64,000 bases of DNA from the NCBI GenBank assembly GCA_030765235.1, contig JAVCCW010000028.1:24744-88743 (forward strand), read 5' to 3'. A program made the position numbers and the translations under genes. This DNA is from Candidatus Gorgyraea atricola (GTDB taxonomy: Bacteria; Omnitrophota; Gorgyraeia; Gorgyraeales; Gorgyraeaceae). Shown piece by piece: positions 55,453 through 63,282 of the stretch. Position 1 is the first letter of the stretch. Each line of letters begins with the position of its first letter. The notes under the pieces were generated by a model, which worked only from the letters and a program-made list of their open reading frames with translations, was not told the origin of the DNA and made no database searches.

Positions 55453-56577
55453 ATGGCAAAAAAAATTCTATTTGTTTTTGGCACGCGCCCGGAGGTCATT
55501 AAGATGGCGCCTGTTATCGAGCTTGCGAGAGAGTCAGGGGTTGGGCTGGACCCCGTTGTTTGTGTTACAGGCCAGCATCGACATCTTTTGGATCAGGCAT
55601 TGACTGAATTTGATATCAAGCCAGATATCGACCTTGATCTGATGAGGACTGATCAGAGTTTAGATGGTATCGTATCCGGGGTTTTGCGCGGCATGCAAGA
55701 GGTCTATCATAAGGTCTGTCCTGAGGTTGTCTTAGTGCAGGGAGATACCTCTACGGTGTTTGCTGCAACCCTCGCCTGTTATTATAACGGCATAGATGTC
55801 GGACACATCGAGGCAGGGTTACGCTCCGGAGACAACCAGAATCCTTTTCCTGAGGAGGTAAACAGGCGGTTTGTCTCACTTATCGCGAAATATAATTTTT
55901 GCCCGACCCAGGATGCGAAGAAAAATTTATTAAAAGAGGCTGTGCGTCCTGAAAAGATATTTGTTACAGGCAATACAATAGTCGATGCGCTTGAGAGGAC
56001 CTTAAATATAATTGGTTCAAGACAGATGTCTATTAATGGAGTTGACCGGGAATTCCTGCAAAAGCCATTTGCCCTTATTACAGGACACAGAAGGGAAAAT
56101 TTTGATGGGGGCATGAAGGATATCTGCGAGGCCATCAAGTCTCTGGCAAAAAAACACAGCGCCTTTCACTGGCTGTGGTCAATGCATCTGAATCCAAATG
56201 CCAGGGATGTTGTTTTTAAAATCCTCGATGGTTTAGAAAACGTCAGATTAATAGAGCCTCCTCCGTATAGAGAGTTTGTATACCTGATGAACCGCTCTAG
56301 ATTTATTATCTCAGACTCTGGAGGCGTGCAGGAAGAGGCCCCGTCATTGGGAAAGACTGTGCTTGTAACCAGGGTGTGCACAGAGCGGCCAGAGGCCATT
56401 AAATCCGGCACGTCTATTTTAGTGGGCACAGACCCAGCCAGGATAACAAAAGAAGTAGATAGACTGCTGAAGGATAGAGGGCCTGCAAAGAAAACAAAAA
56501 ATCCTTTTGGCGACGGCCTGGCTGGGACAAGGATCATAGACATTATTACTAAAGGAAGCTATAAGGAATTTCGCTAA
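55453..56577 (+). CDS. wecB: UDP-N-acetylglucosamine 2-epimerase (non-hydrolysing)
   Basis: FGTRPEVIKMAP, TGQH, VQGDT, HIEAGLRS..PFPEEVNR, TGNT, HRREN, SDSGGVQEEAP, ERPE, NPFGDG. Confidence 0.95.
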   Translation: MAKKILFVFGTRPEVIKMAPVIELARESGVGLDPVVCVTGQHRHLLDQALTEFDIKPDIDLDLMRTDQSLDGIVSGVLRGMQEVYHKVCPEVVLVQGDTSTVFAATLACYYNGIDVGHIEAGLRSGDNQNPFPEEVNRRFVSLIAKYNFCPTQDAKKNLLKEAVRPEKIFVTGNTIVDALERTLNIIGSRQMSINGVDREFLQKPFALITGHRRENFDGGMKDICEAIKSLAKKHSAFHWLWSMHLNPNARDVVFKILDGLENVRLIEPPPYREFVYLMNRSRFIISDSGGVQEEAPSLGKTVLVTRVCTERPEAIKSGTSILVGTDPARITKEVDRLLKDRGPAKKTKNPFGDGLAGTRIIDIITKGSYKEFR

Positions 56578-57462
56578 ATGAAAACTAAATACGAGACAGT
56601 TTCGCAGTGTAATCTCTGCGAAAGCATTAAAAACAGGGTCGTTGATGAAAGGGGCCACATAGTGCAGTGTGAAAACTGCGGCCTGAGGTTTGTGAATTTG
56701 CGCCTGACCCAGGATGCCATCTCCACGGATTATGATCACAGCTATGTAAATATCCCTGGCTGGGGCAAGGTGGATGCAGAGGCGCAACTGATGTACAAAA
56801 GAAGAGCGGATTTTTTAAACAGGTTTATCCAGAGAGGCAGGATCCTGGACGTGGCTGCGGGTCTGGGAGAATTTTTATCACATGTTAAAAAGACAGGCAG
56901 GTGGGAGTGTCTTGGCACAGAGACATCGCGATACGCGATCGAGTTTATAAAAAAGGAATTTGGTATCGAACTTTCTTTCGGGCAGCTTGAAGGCTTGAGG
57001 TATCCGGATGGTTTTTTTGATGCGGTCTGTTTCTGGCATGCGCTGGAGCATATGCCGGACCCATCGATCGTAATAAAAGAGGCCTGGCGCATTTTAAAGG
57101 ATAATGGTTTTTTGTTCATTGCCGTGCCCAATGATTCATGGCTTGGCAGGAGGCATTTTTTTAAAAATGCGCTCAGAAAGGTCGTCAACCACATGCCATT
57201 AAAAAGAAAATTGAAAATAAAAAAGATGTATCCTGAGATTGACGAAGAAGGCAACAAACACCTTTTTTATTTTACGCCGCGGACCCTGACGAGATTACTG
57301 AAAAAATATGGTTTCAAGGTCAGGGCGCGTTCAGTGGATTATGATTACGGGAAGCCAGATCCTAAATTGGAAAGAAGATACAGATTTGATGTGCTATTTT
57401 GCCGTTTTACAGGGCTTAATATTTCTAACGCCATTTTAATCGCAGCGCAGAAGAAAAGTTAG
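56578..57462 (+). CDS. Class I SAM methyltransferase with N-terminal Zn-binding motif
   Basis: CNLC...CENCGL, ILDVAAGLG, WHALEHMPDP, IAVPN, HLFYFTPRTL. Confidence 0.85.
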   Translation: MKTKYETVSQCNLCESIKNRVVDERGHIVQCENCGLRFVNLRLTQDAISTDYDHSYVNIPGWGKVDAEAQLMYKRRADFLNRFIQRGRILDVAAGLGEFLSHVKKTGRWECLGTETSRYAIEFIKKEFGIELSFGQLEGLRYPDGFFDAVCFWHALEHMPDPSIVIKEAWRILKDNGFLFIAVPNDSWLGRRHFFKNALRKVVNHMPLKRKLKIKKMYPEIDEEGNKHLFYFTPRTLTRLLKKYGFKVRARSVDYDYGKPDPKLERRYRFDVLFCRFTGLNISNAILIAAQKKS

Positions 57463-57479
57463 GGAAGATATAAGGAGGA

Positions 57480-58523
57480 ATGATGAAGGTATTAGTGACA
57501 GGTGGGGCAGGGTTAGTCGGATCGCATACAGCAGAGTATTATTCAAAGAAGGGTGATGAGGTGATCGTACTGGATAATCTGATGCGCTCTAATCTATTCG
57601 GATACAATAAGGAGAGCGTGGAGTTTAACTGGAACTATCTGAGCCAGCTCGAAAACGTAAAGAGGATAAAAGGGGACATAAGAGAAGAAAAGGACGTGAT
57701 GAAGGCGCTGGGTGACGGCGTGGATGCAGTGATACATACTGCGGGCCAGCCAGGCGTGCCGCTTTCCATGAAGATCCCGAGAGAAGACTTTAGTATAAAC
57801 GCCTATGGCACGCTTAATGTCCTTGAATGTCTCAGGCAGGTCTCGCCAAAGGCTGCGTTTGTGTATTGCTCCACAAATAAGATCTACGGAGAGAATGTGG
57901 ACAGCATTACACTGGAAGAAGAAGAGACAAGATATAGGTATAAAACTAAAAAAGGTGTTCCTGAGACACTGTCTGTGGACCTGACTGGCCATACGCCTTA
58001 TGGCGCTTCGAAATATACAGGCGATATCTATACGCAGGAATACGGACATATCTACGGCATGAAGACAGCAGTGTTTCGCATGTCATGTATCTATGGCACA
58101 AGGCAGTTTGGTTTTGAGGATCAGGGCTGGGTAGCATGGTTTGTCATAGCGAATCTGACAGGCCAGCCCATCATTGTCTACGGCGACGGAAAACAGGTAA
58201 GGGACTTACTGTACGTGGATGATCTAGTAGAGGCCTATGACAAGTTCATACACGGCGAGGCAATGCATGACGTGTTTAATATTGGCGGCGGGCCAAGGAA
58301 CACTACCTCGCTCCTGGAGTTTATAGCATTGATAGAAAAGAAAACAGGCATCAAGTTCAGGAAAATAGATCACAAGGAGTGGCGGCCAAGTGACCAGAAG
58401 GTATACATCTCTGACATCGGCAAGGTCTCAAAGTCACTCACCTGGAAACCAAAGCATACACCCGAGAAAGGCCTGGAAAAACTGATCGAATGGGTTGGCA
58501 GTAACACAAAATACTTTATTTAA
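57480..58523 (+). CDS. NAD-dependent epimerase/dehydratase (CDP-paratose 2-epimerase-like)
   Basis: TGGAGLVG, STNKIYG, TPYGASK, FRMSCIYGTRQFGFEDQGWVAWF, GDGKQVRDLLY, WRPSDQK. Confidence 0.85.
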   Translation: MMKVLVTGGAGLVGSHTAEYYSKKGDEVIVLDNLMRSNLFGYNKESVEFNWNYLSQLENVKRIKGDIREEKDVMKALGDGVDAVIHTAGQPGVPLSMKIPREDFSINAYGTLNVLECLRQVSPKAAFVYCSTNKIYGENVDSITLEEEETRYRYKTKKGVPETLSVDLTGHTPYGASKYTGDIYTQEYGHIYGMKTAVFRMSCIYGTRQFGFEDQGWVAWFVIANLTGQPIIVYGDGKQVRDLLYVDDLVEAYDKFIHGEAMHDVFNIGGGPRNTTSLLEFIALIEKKTGIKFRKIDHKEWRPSDQKVYISDIGKVSKSLTWKPKHTPEKGLEKLIEWVGSNTKYFI

Positions 58524-58533
58524 TAACACGGAG

Positions 58534-58656
58534 GTTGCGGAATGTTACGGAATGTTAGAGAAGGTTACGGAAGGTTACAAGAGGCGATGGATTTCAGCGC
58601 TTTTAGTGTAACATTCCGCAACCTTCCGAAACATTCCGCAACCTTATGTAACATCC
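58534..58656. repeat. Inverted decamer array (GTTACGGAAK)x5 with a reverse-complement x5 arm
   Basis: gttgcggaat gttacggaat gttagagaag gttacggaag gttacaagag ... gtaacattcc gcaaccttcc gaaacattcc gcaaccttat gtaacatcc. Confidence 0.88.
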
Positions 58657-58672
58657 AAGGATATTCCATATC

Positions 58673-59227
58673 ATGATTAAAGCTATATTTCTAGATAGGG
58701 ATGGTGTCATAAATAGGGATCCTGGCGGTGGCGATTATATAAAGTCATGGAAGGAGTTTGAGTTCTGGCCAGGCTCTATCGAGGCCATAAAAAAACTAAA
58801 TGAAAAAGGCTATGAGATCTTTGTGATATCCAACCAGGCAGGAGTAGGCAGGGGGATCTATTCGCAGGCTTCGCTTGATGAGATCACAAAAAATATGCTG
58901 AGCGAGATTGAAAAACAGGGAGGCAGAATAAAGTCTGTCAATTATTGCACGCATAAGCCGGATGCTGGCTGCGAATGCAGAAAGCCAAAGACCGGTACGA
59001 TAAAGAAAGCTACGAAAGGACTTGATATAGATTTTAAAAATACATATTTTATAGGCGACTCGCACCCTGATGTGGGCGCTGGGAAAGGCATGGGGTGCAA
59101 GACCATACTTTTATTGACAGGGAAAGAGAATTTAGACGATGTCAAGAATTGGGTGCTTAAGCCTGATCTCATAAAGAGAGATTTAAAGGAGGCAGTTGAA
59201 TGGATATTAAAGCAAGAGCGAGGATAA
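58673..59227 (+). CDS. gmhB: D-glycero-D-manno-heptose 1,7-bisphosphate phosphatase (HAD IIIA)
   Basis: FLDRDGVIN, ISNQAGVGRG, CTH....CECRKPK.G, FIGD...D..AG. Confidence 0.88.
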   Translation: MIKAIFLDRDGVINRDPGGGDYIKSWKEFEFWPGSIEAIKKLNEKGYEIFVISNQAGVGRGIYSQASLDEITKNMLSEIEKQGGRIKSVNYCTHKPDAGCECRKPKTGTIKKATKGLDIDFKNTYFIGDSHPDVGAGKGMGCKTILLLTGKENLDDVKNWVLKPDLIKRDLKEAVEWILKQERG

Positions 59228-59367
59228 TAGGAGAGCTTTTTAAGTTTTTGTGGGAGAGAAAATTATGGTGGATGATCCCGATAGTGATGGTGCTTTTGCT
59301 ATTTGGGCTTTTGATATTTTTCACACAATCATCAGCTGTAGCCCCGTTTATTTATACACTATTTTGA
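59200..59367 (+). CDS. Small membrane protein, DUF5989 (SxtK-like) family, 55 aa; absent from the ORF track
   Basis: Manual translation gives MDIKARARIIGELFKFLWERKLWWMIPIVMVLLLFGLLIFFTQSSAVAPFIYTLF*, with the RKxWW..P and APFIYTLF signatures. Confidence 0.88.
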   Translation: MDIKARARIIGELFKFLWERKLWWMIPIVMVLLLFGLLIFFTQSSAVAPFIYTLF

Positions 59368-59368
59368 T

Positions 59369-60490
59369 ATGAAAATATTAGTTGCGCACGCATATGCGGG
59401 AATTGGACACAAGAAGGCAGCAGAGGCAATAGGAAAGGCCTTGCTGGATTCTGGAGCCCATGTCGAGGTCGTAGATACGCTGGACTATACGAATGCATTT
59501 TTCAAGTTTTCGTACCCCAGGGTTTATCTATTTCTTATAAACAGGGCGCCCTTTTTATGGGGGTGCCTGTATTATTTCTTTGATCTCAGATCAGTGGATT
59601 TCTTTTGTGCTCCGGTAAGAAGATTTTTTCATGATCTTCAGGCAGCCAGATTCAAGAGGTTTGTTATTGAAAAAAAACCAGATGTTATAGTCTGCACACA
59701 TTTTCTTCCCGCGGAAGTAGTTTCTGCGTTAAAGAAAAAAAATCTTTTTAACGGCAGGCTTGTAACAGTCATTACGGATTTTTTGCCTCATTCTTTTTGG
59801 TTGGCTAGACGATCAGATTATTTTATAGGCGCGCTAGAAAAGACAAAAAAAGGACTCGTAAGGCGCGGGATAGAGGAGGCCCGTATAAAGATCTTCGGTA
59901 TCCCCACTGACCCTGTATTTAGTATTTCAAAAGGCCGCAAGACCCTGATAGAAAAACTGGGCCTGAAAGAAAATTGTTTTAATCTCCTTATTATGGGCGG
60001 CGGATTTGGAACAGGCCCGGTAAAAGAAATAGTCAATGCTATTTCTGAGCTGGAATCAGGGATAAAGAATGGTTTACAGATAATAATCATATGCGGAAAA
60101 AATAAGGCCTTGCTTGAAGATTTAAATAAGATAGGAACGAGTTCAGGGATTAAGTTGAGCGCCTTTGGCTATATGAATAATGTTGATGAGTTCATGGAGG
60201 CGAGTGATTTGATAATAACAAAGTCAGGCGGACTAACTGTCTCAGAGTCGCTTTCAAAGAAATTACCCATGATTATAATACAGCCAATACCTGGTCAGGA
60301 GACAGGAAACTGTAAAGTCCTTGAGGGCTATGGCGTGGCAGTGCGCGCAAATACAGTAGGTCAGATCGTGGATCATGTAAAGTGTTTCGTAGCTGCTCCT
60401 GAGAAGATAATCGACATGAAGGCCAGGATAAATCTATTGGCATATCCTGATGCTGCAAAGGATATAGCGGATCTGGTGGTGAAAATATGA
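59369..60490 (+). CDS. MGDG synthase/UgtP-like GT28 glycosyltransferase
   Basis: AGIGHKKAAEA, PDVIVCTHF, VITDF..H..W, GIP, MGGGFG, ICGKN, ITKSGGLTVSE, PIPGQE..N. Confidence 0.88.
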   Translation: MKILVAHAYAGIGHKKAAEAIGKALLDSGAHVEVVDTLDYTNAFFKFSYPRVYLFLINRAPFLWGCLYYFFDLRSVDFFCAPVRRFFHDLQAARFKRFVIEKKPDVIVCTHFLPAEVVSALKKKNLFNGRLVTVITDFLPHSFWLARRSDYFIGALEKTKKGLVRRGIEEARIKIFGIPTDPVFSISKGRKTLIEKLGLKENCFNLLIMGGGFGTGPVKEIVNAISELESGIKNGLQIIIICGKNKALLEDLNKIGTSSGIKLSAFGYMNNVDEFMEASDLIITKSGGLTVSESLSKKLPMIIIQPIPGQETGNCKVLEGYGVAVRANTVGQIVDHVKCFVAAPEKIIDMKARINLLAYPDAAKDIADLVVKI

Positions 60491-61191
60491 AAATAGATCT
60501 AGTGAAAAAATTACCAAGAAAGGTTTCAATGCTTGTTGAGACCTTGGGGAAGATCGCTGATGAAGAAGGGGTGCGCGTTTATATGGTTGGCGGCCCTGTA
60601 CGGGATCTATTGCTCAACGTATCGAATTACGACCTGGATTTTGTCGTAGAGACAGATGCCATAAAATTCAGCGAGGTCTTGAATAAGACCTTGAAGGGCG
60701 CACTGACTGTCCATAAGGCCTTTGGTACAGCTACCGTCGCGCGTAAAGATCTCAGGATAGACATAGTGACTGCGAGAAGAGAATCCTATGAACATCCTGC
60801 TGCCTATCCTGATGTAGAGCCAGCTACGATAAAAGAGGATCTATTCAGAAGAGATTTTACTATAAACGCCATGGCTATAATTATCAATAAGAGGAATTTC
60901 GGAGAGCTGGCTGATCTTTATGGCGGCTTGGGAGATCTAAAAAAAGGTATTGTAAGGGTTATGCACGATAAAAGTTTTATGGATGACCCTACGCGCATAT
61001 TCAGGGCTGTCAGATTTTCTACCAGATTAAATTTTAAGATAGAATCACATACAAAAGGCCTGATGAAAGAGGCAGTAGCAGCTGGTTTCTTAGGAGAAGT
61101 GAATCGTGGAAGGATCAAGAAAGAGATGGAATTGTTTCTAAAAGAAAAAAATGCGTTAAAATGCCTGGAGACATTTTCCAGATTGATTTAG
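60487..61191 (+). CDS. tRNA nucleotidyltransferase/poly(A) polymerase family, short form (head-neck only)
   Basis: VGGPVRDLLL...DLDFVV, FGTA, DIVTARRE.Y, EDLFRRDFTINAMA, SFMDDPTRIFRAVRF. Confidence 0.85.
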   Translation: MKIDLVKKLPRKVSMLVETLGKIADEEGVRVYMVGGPVRDLLLNVSNYDLDFVVETDAIKFSEVLNKTLKGALTVHKAFGTATVARKDLRIDIVTARRESYEHPAAYPDVEPATIKEDLFRRDFTINAMAIIINKRNFGELADLYGGLGDLKKGIVRVMHDKSFMDDPTRIFRAVRFSTRLNFKIESHTKGLMKEAVAAGFLGEVNRGRIKKEMELFLKEKNALKCLETFSRLI

Positions 61192-61203
61192 GGAGGGTAG
61201 GAT

Positions 61204-61557
61204 ATGGGTGTGAGGACGGACAGGGTGCGAAAGCAGTTAATGAAAGAGCTCTCTATGATATTGCAGGAGGAGCTAAAGGATCCGCGCATAGGCTTTGTCA
61301 CGATCACAAGGATCGATCTTACTGGCGACCTGAGATATGCAAAGATCTATTTTAGCGTGCTTGGTGATGAATCAAAAAAAGAAGCCAGTCTCGAGGGGAT
61401 CGAGAGTGCGGCAGGCTATATCCGCAGGCTTATCGGAGAAAAGTTAAAGCTAAAATACGTGCCAGAGCTTTCATTCAGACTCGATAAATCAGCTGAATAC
61501 AGCCTAGAACTTGAAAAAACATTTGAGAGGTTAAGAGATGAACGCAAAATCGATTAA
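61204..61557 (+). CDS. rbfA: Ribosome-binding factor A
   Basis: KDPRIGFVTIT..DLRYAKIYFS...AAGYIR...LKYVPELSF..D.S. Confidence 0.95.
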   Translation: MGVRTDRVRKQLMKELSMILQEELKDPRIGFVTITRIDLTGDLRYAKIYFSVLGDESKKEASLEGIESAAGYIRRLIGEKLKLKYVPELSFRLDKSAEYSLELEKTFERLRDERKID

Positions 61558-62497
61558 AAAAATTATAACAAAATTTGACACATTTTTTATTTCAGCCCAC
61601 ATAAATCCTGAAGGCGATTCTGTGGGGAGCCAGATTGCCCTCGCGTCTTTATTGAAGAGGCTAGGGAAAAAGGTCATGATCGTAAACGAAAGCCCTGTAC
61701 CGCATATATTGCGATTCATGAATGGCGTAGATGGCATTTTAAAAGAATTACCTCGCAATGCTGATTTTCAAGCAGCAGTTATTCTGGATTGTCCGGACAT
61801 GAGCCGTCTTGGAAAGGTTGCAGAGTGTGTAACAAAGGACAAGGTAGTCATAAACATAGACCATCACATCTCAAACGAGAATTTTGGCCAGCATAACTGG
61901 GTGGATGCAAAGACATCGAGCGCGGGCGAGATGGTGTTTGAACTATTTAAAGAATTTAAATTAAAGATAGAATATGATGAGGCTGTAGCTATGTATGTGG
62001 CGATTATGACAGATACAGGTTCGTTTAAGTATACCAATACATCTTCAAAGACTCACAGGATAGTAGCGGAACTGATGGATACAGGCGTGGAGCCTTATGA
62101 TATATATAGCAGGATCTACGAGACGAGCAGTCTTCAGAATACGAGTTTATTAGGTTCTGCGCTTCAGACACTGAAGGTGTCAGAGGATGGAAAGATCGCG
62201 TGGCTCTGGGTTACAAAGGAGATGCTCAAGAATACAAAGGCGTCGCTGGAAGGCACAGAAGGCATAATAAATTTTGCGCGTTCCATAGATGGCGTAGAGA
62301 TCGCGGCATTTTTCAGAGAAACAGGCACAGAAAACAGGATAAAAGTAAGCTTCCGCTCCAAAGGCAAGGCAGATGTAAATAAGCTTGCTTCATTTTTCAA
62401 TGGCGGCGGTCACGCCACAGCAAGCGGATGTACTGTCTTTGGTAAGATGGAAGAAGTAGAGAAGAAGGTCTTAGACAAGGCACGTAGCTTGCTTTAG
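61538..62497 (+). CDS. nrnA: DHH/DHHA1 phosphoesterase (NrnA-like)
   Basis: HINPEGDSVGS, NIDHHISN, TDTGSFKY, KVSFRSK, GGGHATASG. Confidence 0.9.
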   Translation: MNAKSIKKIITKFDTFFISAHINPEGDSVGSQIALASLLKRLGKKVMIVNESPVPHILRFMNGVDGILKELPRNADFQAAVILDCPDMSRLGKVAECVTKDKVVINIDHHISNENFGQHNWVDAKTSSAGEMVFELFKEFKLKIEYDEAVAMYVAIMTDTGSFKYTNTSSKTHRIVAELMDTGVEPYDIYSRIYETSSLQNTSLLGSALQTLKVSEDGKIAWLWVTKEMLKNTKASLEGTEGIINFARSIDGVEIAAFFRETGTENRIKVSFRSKGKADVNKLASFFNGGGHATASGCTVFGKMEEVEKKVLDKARSLL

Positions 62498-62510
62498 TAC
62501 ATATGTGGAT

Positions 62511-62627
62511 AATCGCGGAACTCACTCGGAAGACGCAGAACTACGCTGAAACGAGGTTTTAATCTTCTGTGTAATTCCGCGTCCGTTCCGAGCAAAGCGA
62601 GGAACGGCTTCAGCGTATTTCAGCGAT
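62511..62627. repeat. Inverted ~10-mer array (ACGCRGAACT-like) with nested hairpin (62583-62607)
   Basis: aatcgcggaactcactcggaagacgcagaactacgctgaa ... ttctgtgtaattccgcgt[ccgttccgagcaaagcgaggaacgg]cttcagcgtatttcagcgat. Confidence 0.82.
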
Positions 62628-62631
62628 ATAT

Positions 62632-63282
62632 ATGGATGGTATCTTAGTCGTAGACAAACCCAAGGGTATGACGTCGCATGATGTGGTGGATGTTGTAAGG
62701 CGAAGATTTGGGATGAGGCGTGTTGGTCATGCAGGTACGCTTGATCCAATGGCTACGGGTGTGCTTGTGATGCTGGTAGGTCGCGCCACAAAGTTGGCAG
62801 GTACATTTTTAAGGGATGACAAGGAATATGTCGCCACACTTTTTTTTGGAAGATCTACAGATACGCAGGATAGCACTGGCAAGGTTATCGAAGAAAAAGA
62901 TGTAAATGGTTTGGACATTGATGCTGTAAAAAAGGCGCTGGAGAGTTTCAAAGGAAACATGGAGCAGATACCGCCAATGGTCTCTGCAAAAAAATATAAA
63001 GGCAAGAAATTATATCAGCTCGCGCGTAAAGGCAAGACCGTTCCGAGGAAACCCTGCCCCATAACGATACACGAGATAGAACTTGTGGAATTTAATATGC
63101 CTGAGGCTATTTTTCGCGTGAAGTGTTCAAAAGGCACATACGTAAGGACATTGTGCGAAGATATAGGCAGGTCATTAGGTTATCCTGCGCACATGTCAGC
63201 GCTTAAAAGGACCAGGTCAGGAAAATTTTCCTTGCAAGAGGCTTGCCCCCTGGACCATATCAATGAAAAAGACATCCAATAA
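62632..63282 (+). CDS. truB: tRNA pseudouridine(55) synthase
   Basis: VDKPKGMTSHDVV, VGHAGTLDPMATGVL, QIPPMVSA.K..GKKLY.LAR, CSKGTYVRTL. Confidence 0.96.
   Translation: MDGILVVDKPKGMTSHDVVDVVRRRFGMRRVGHAGTLDPMATGVLVMLVGRATKLAGTFLRDDKEYVATLFFGRSTDTQDSTGKVIEEKDVNGLDIDAVKKALESFKGNMEQIPPMVSAKKYKGKKLYQLARKGKTVPRKPCPITIHEIELVEFNMPEAIFRVKCSKGTYVRTLCEDIGRSLGYPAHMSALKRTRSGKFSLQEACPLDHINEKDIQ

Noticed and set aside
58534-58656. Decamer array as a CRISPR array or iteron origin
   Set aside because: The units are contiguous with no spacers, the second half is inverted, and no rep or dnaA gene is nearby.
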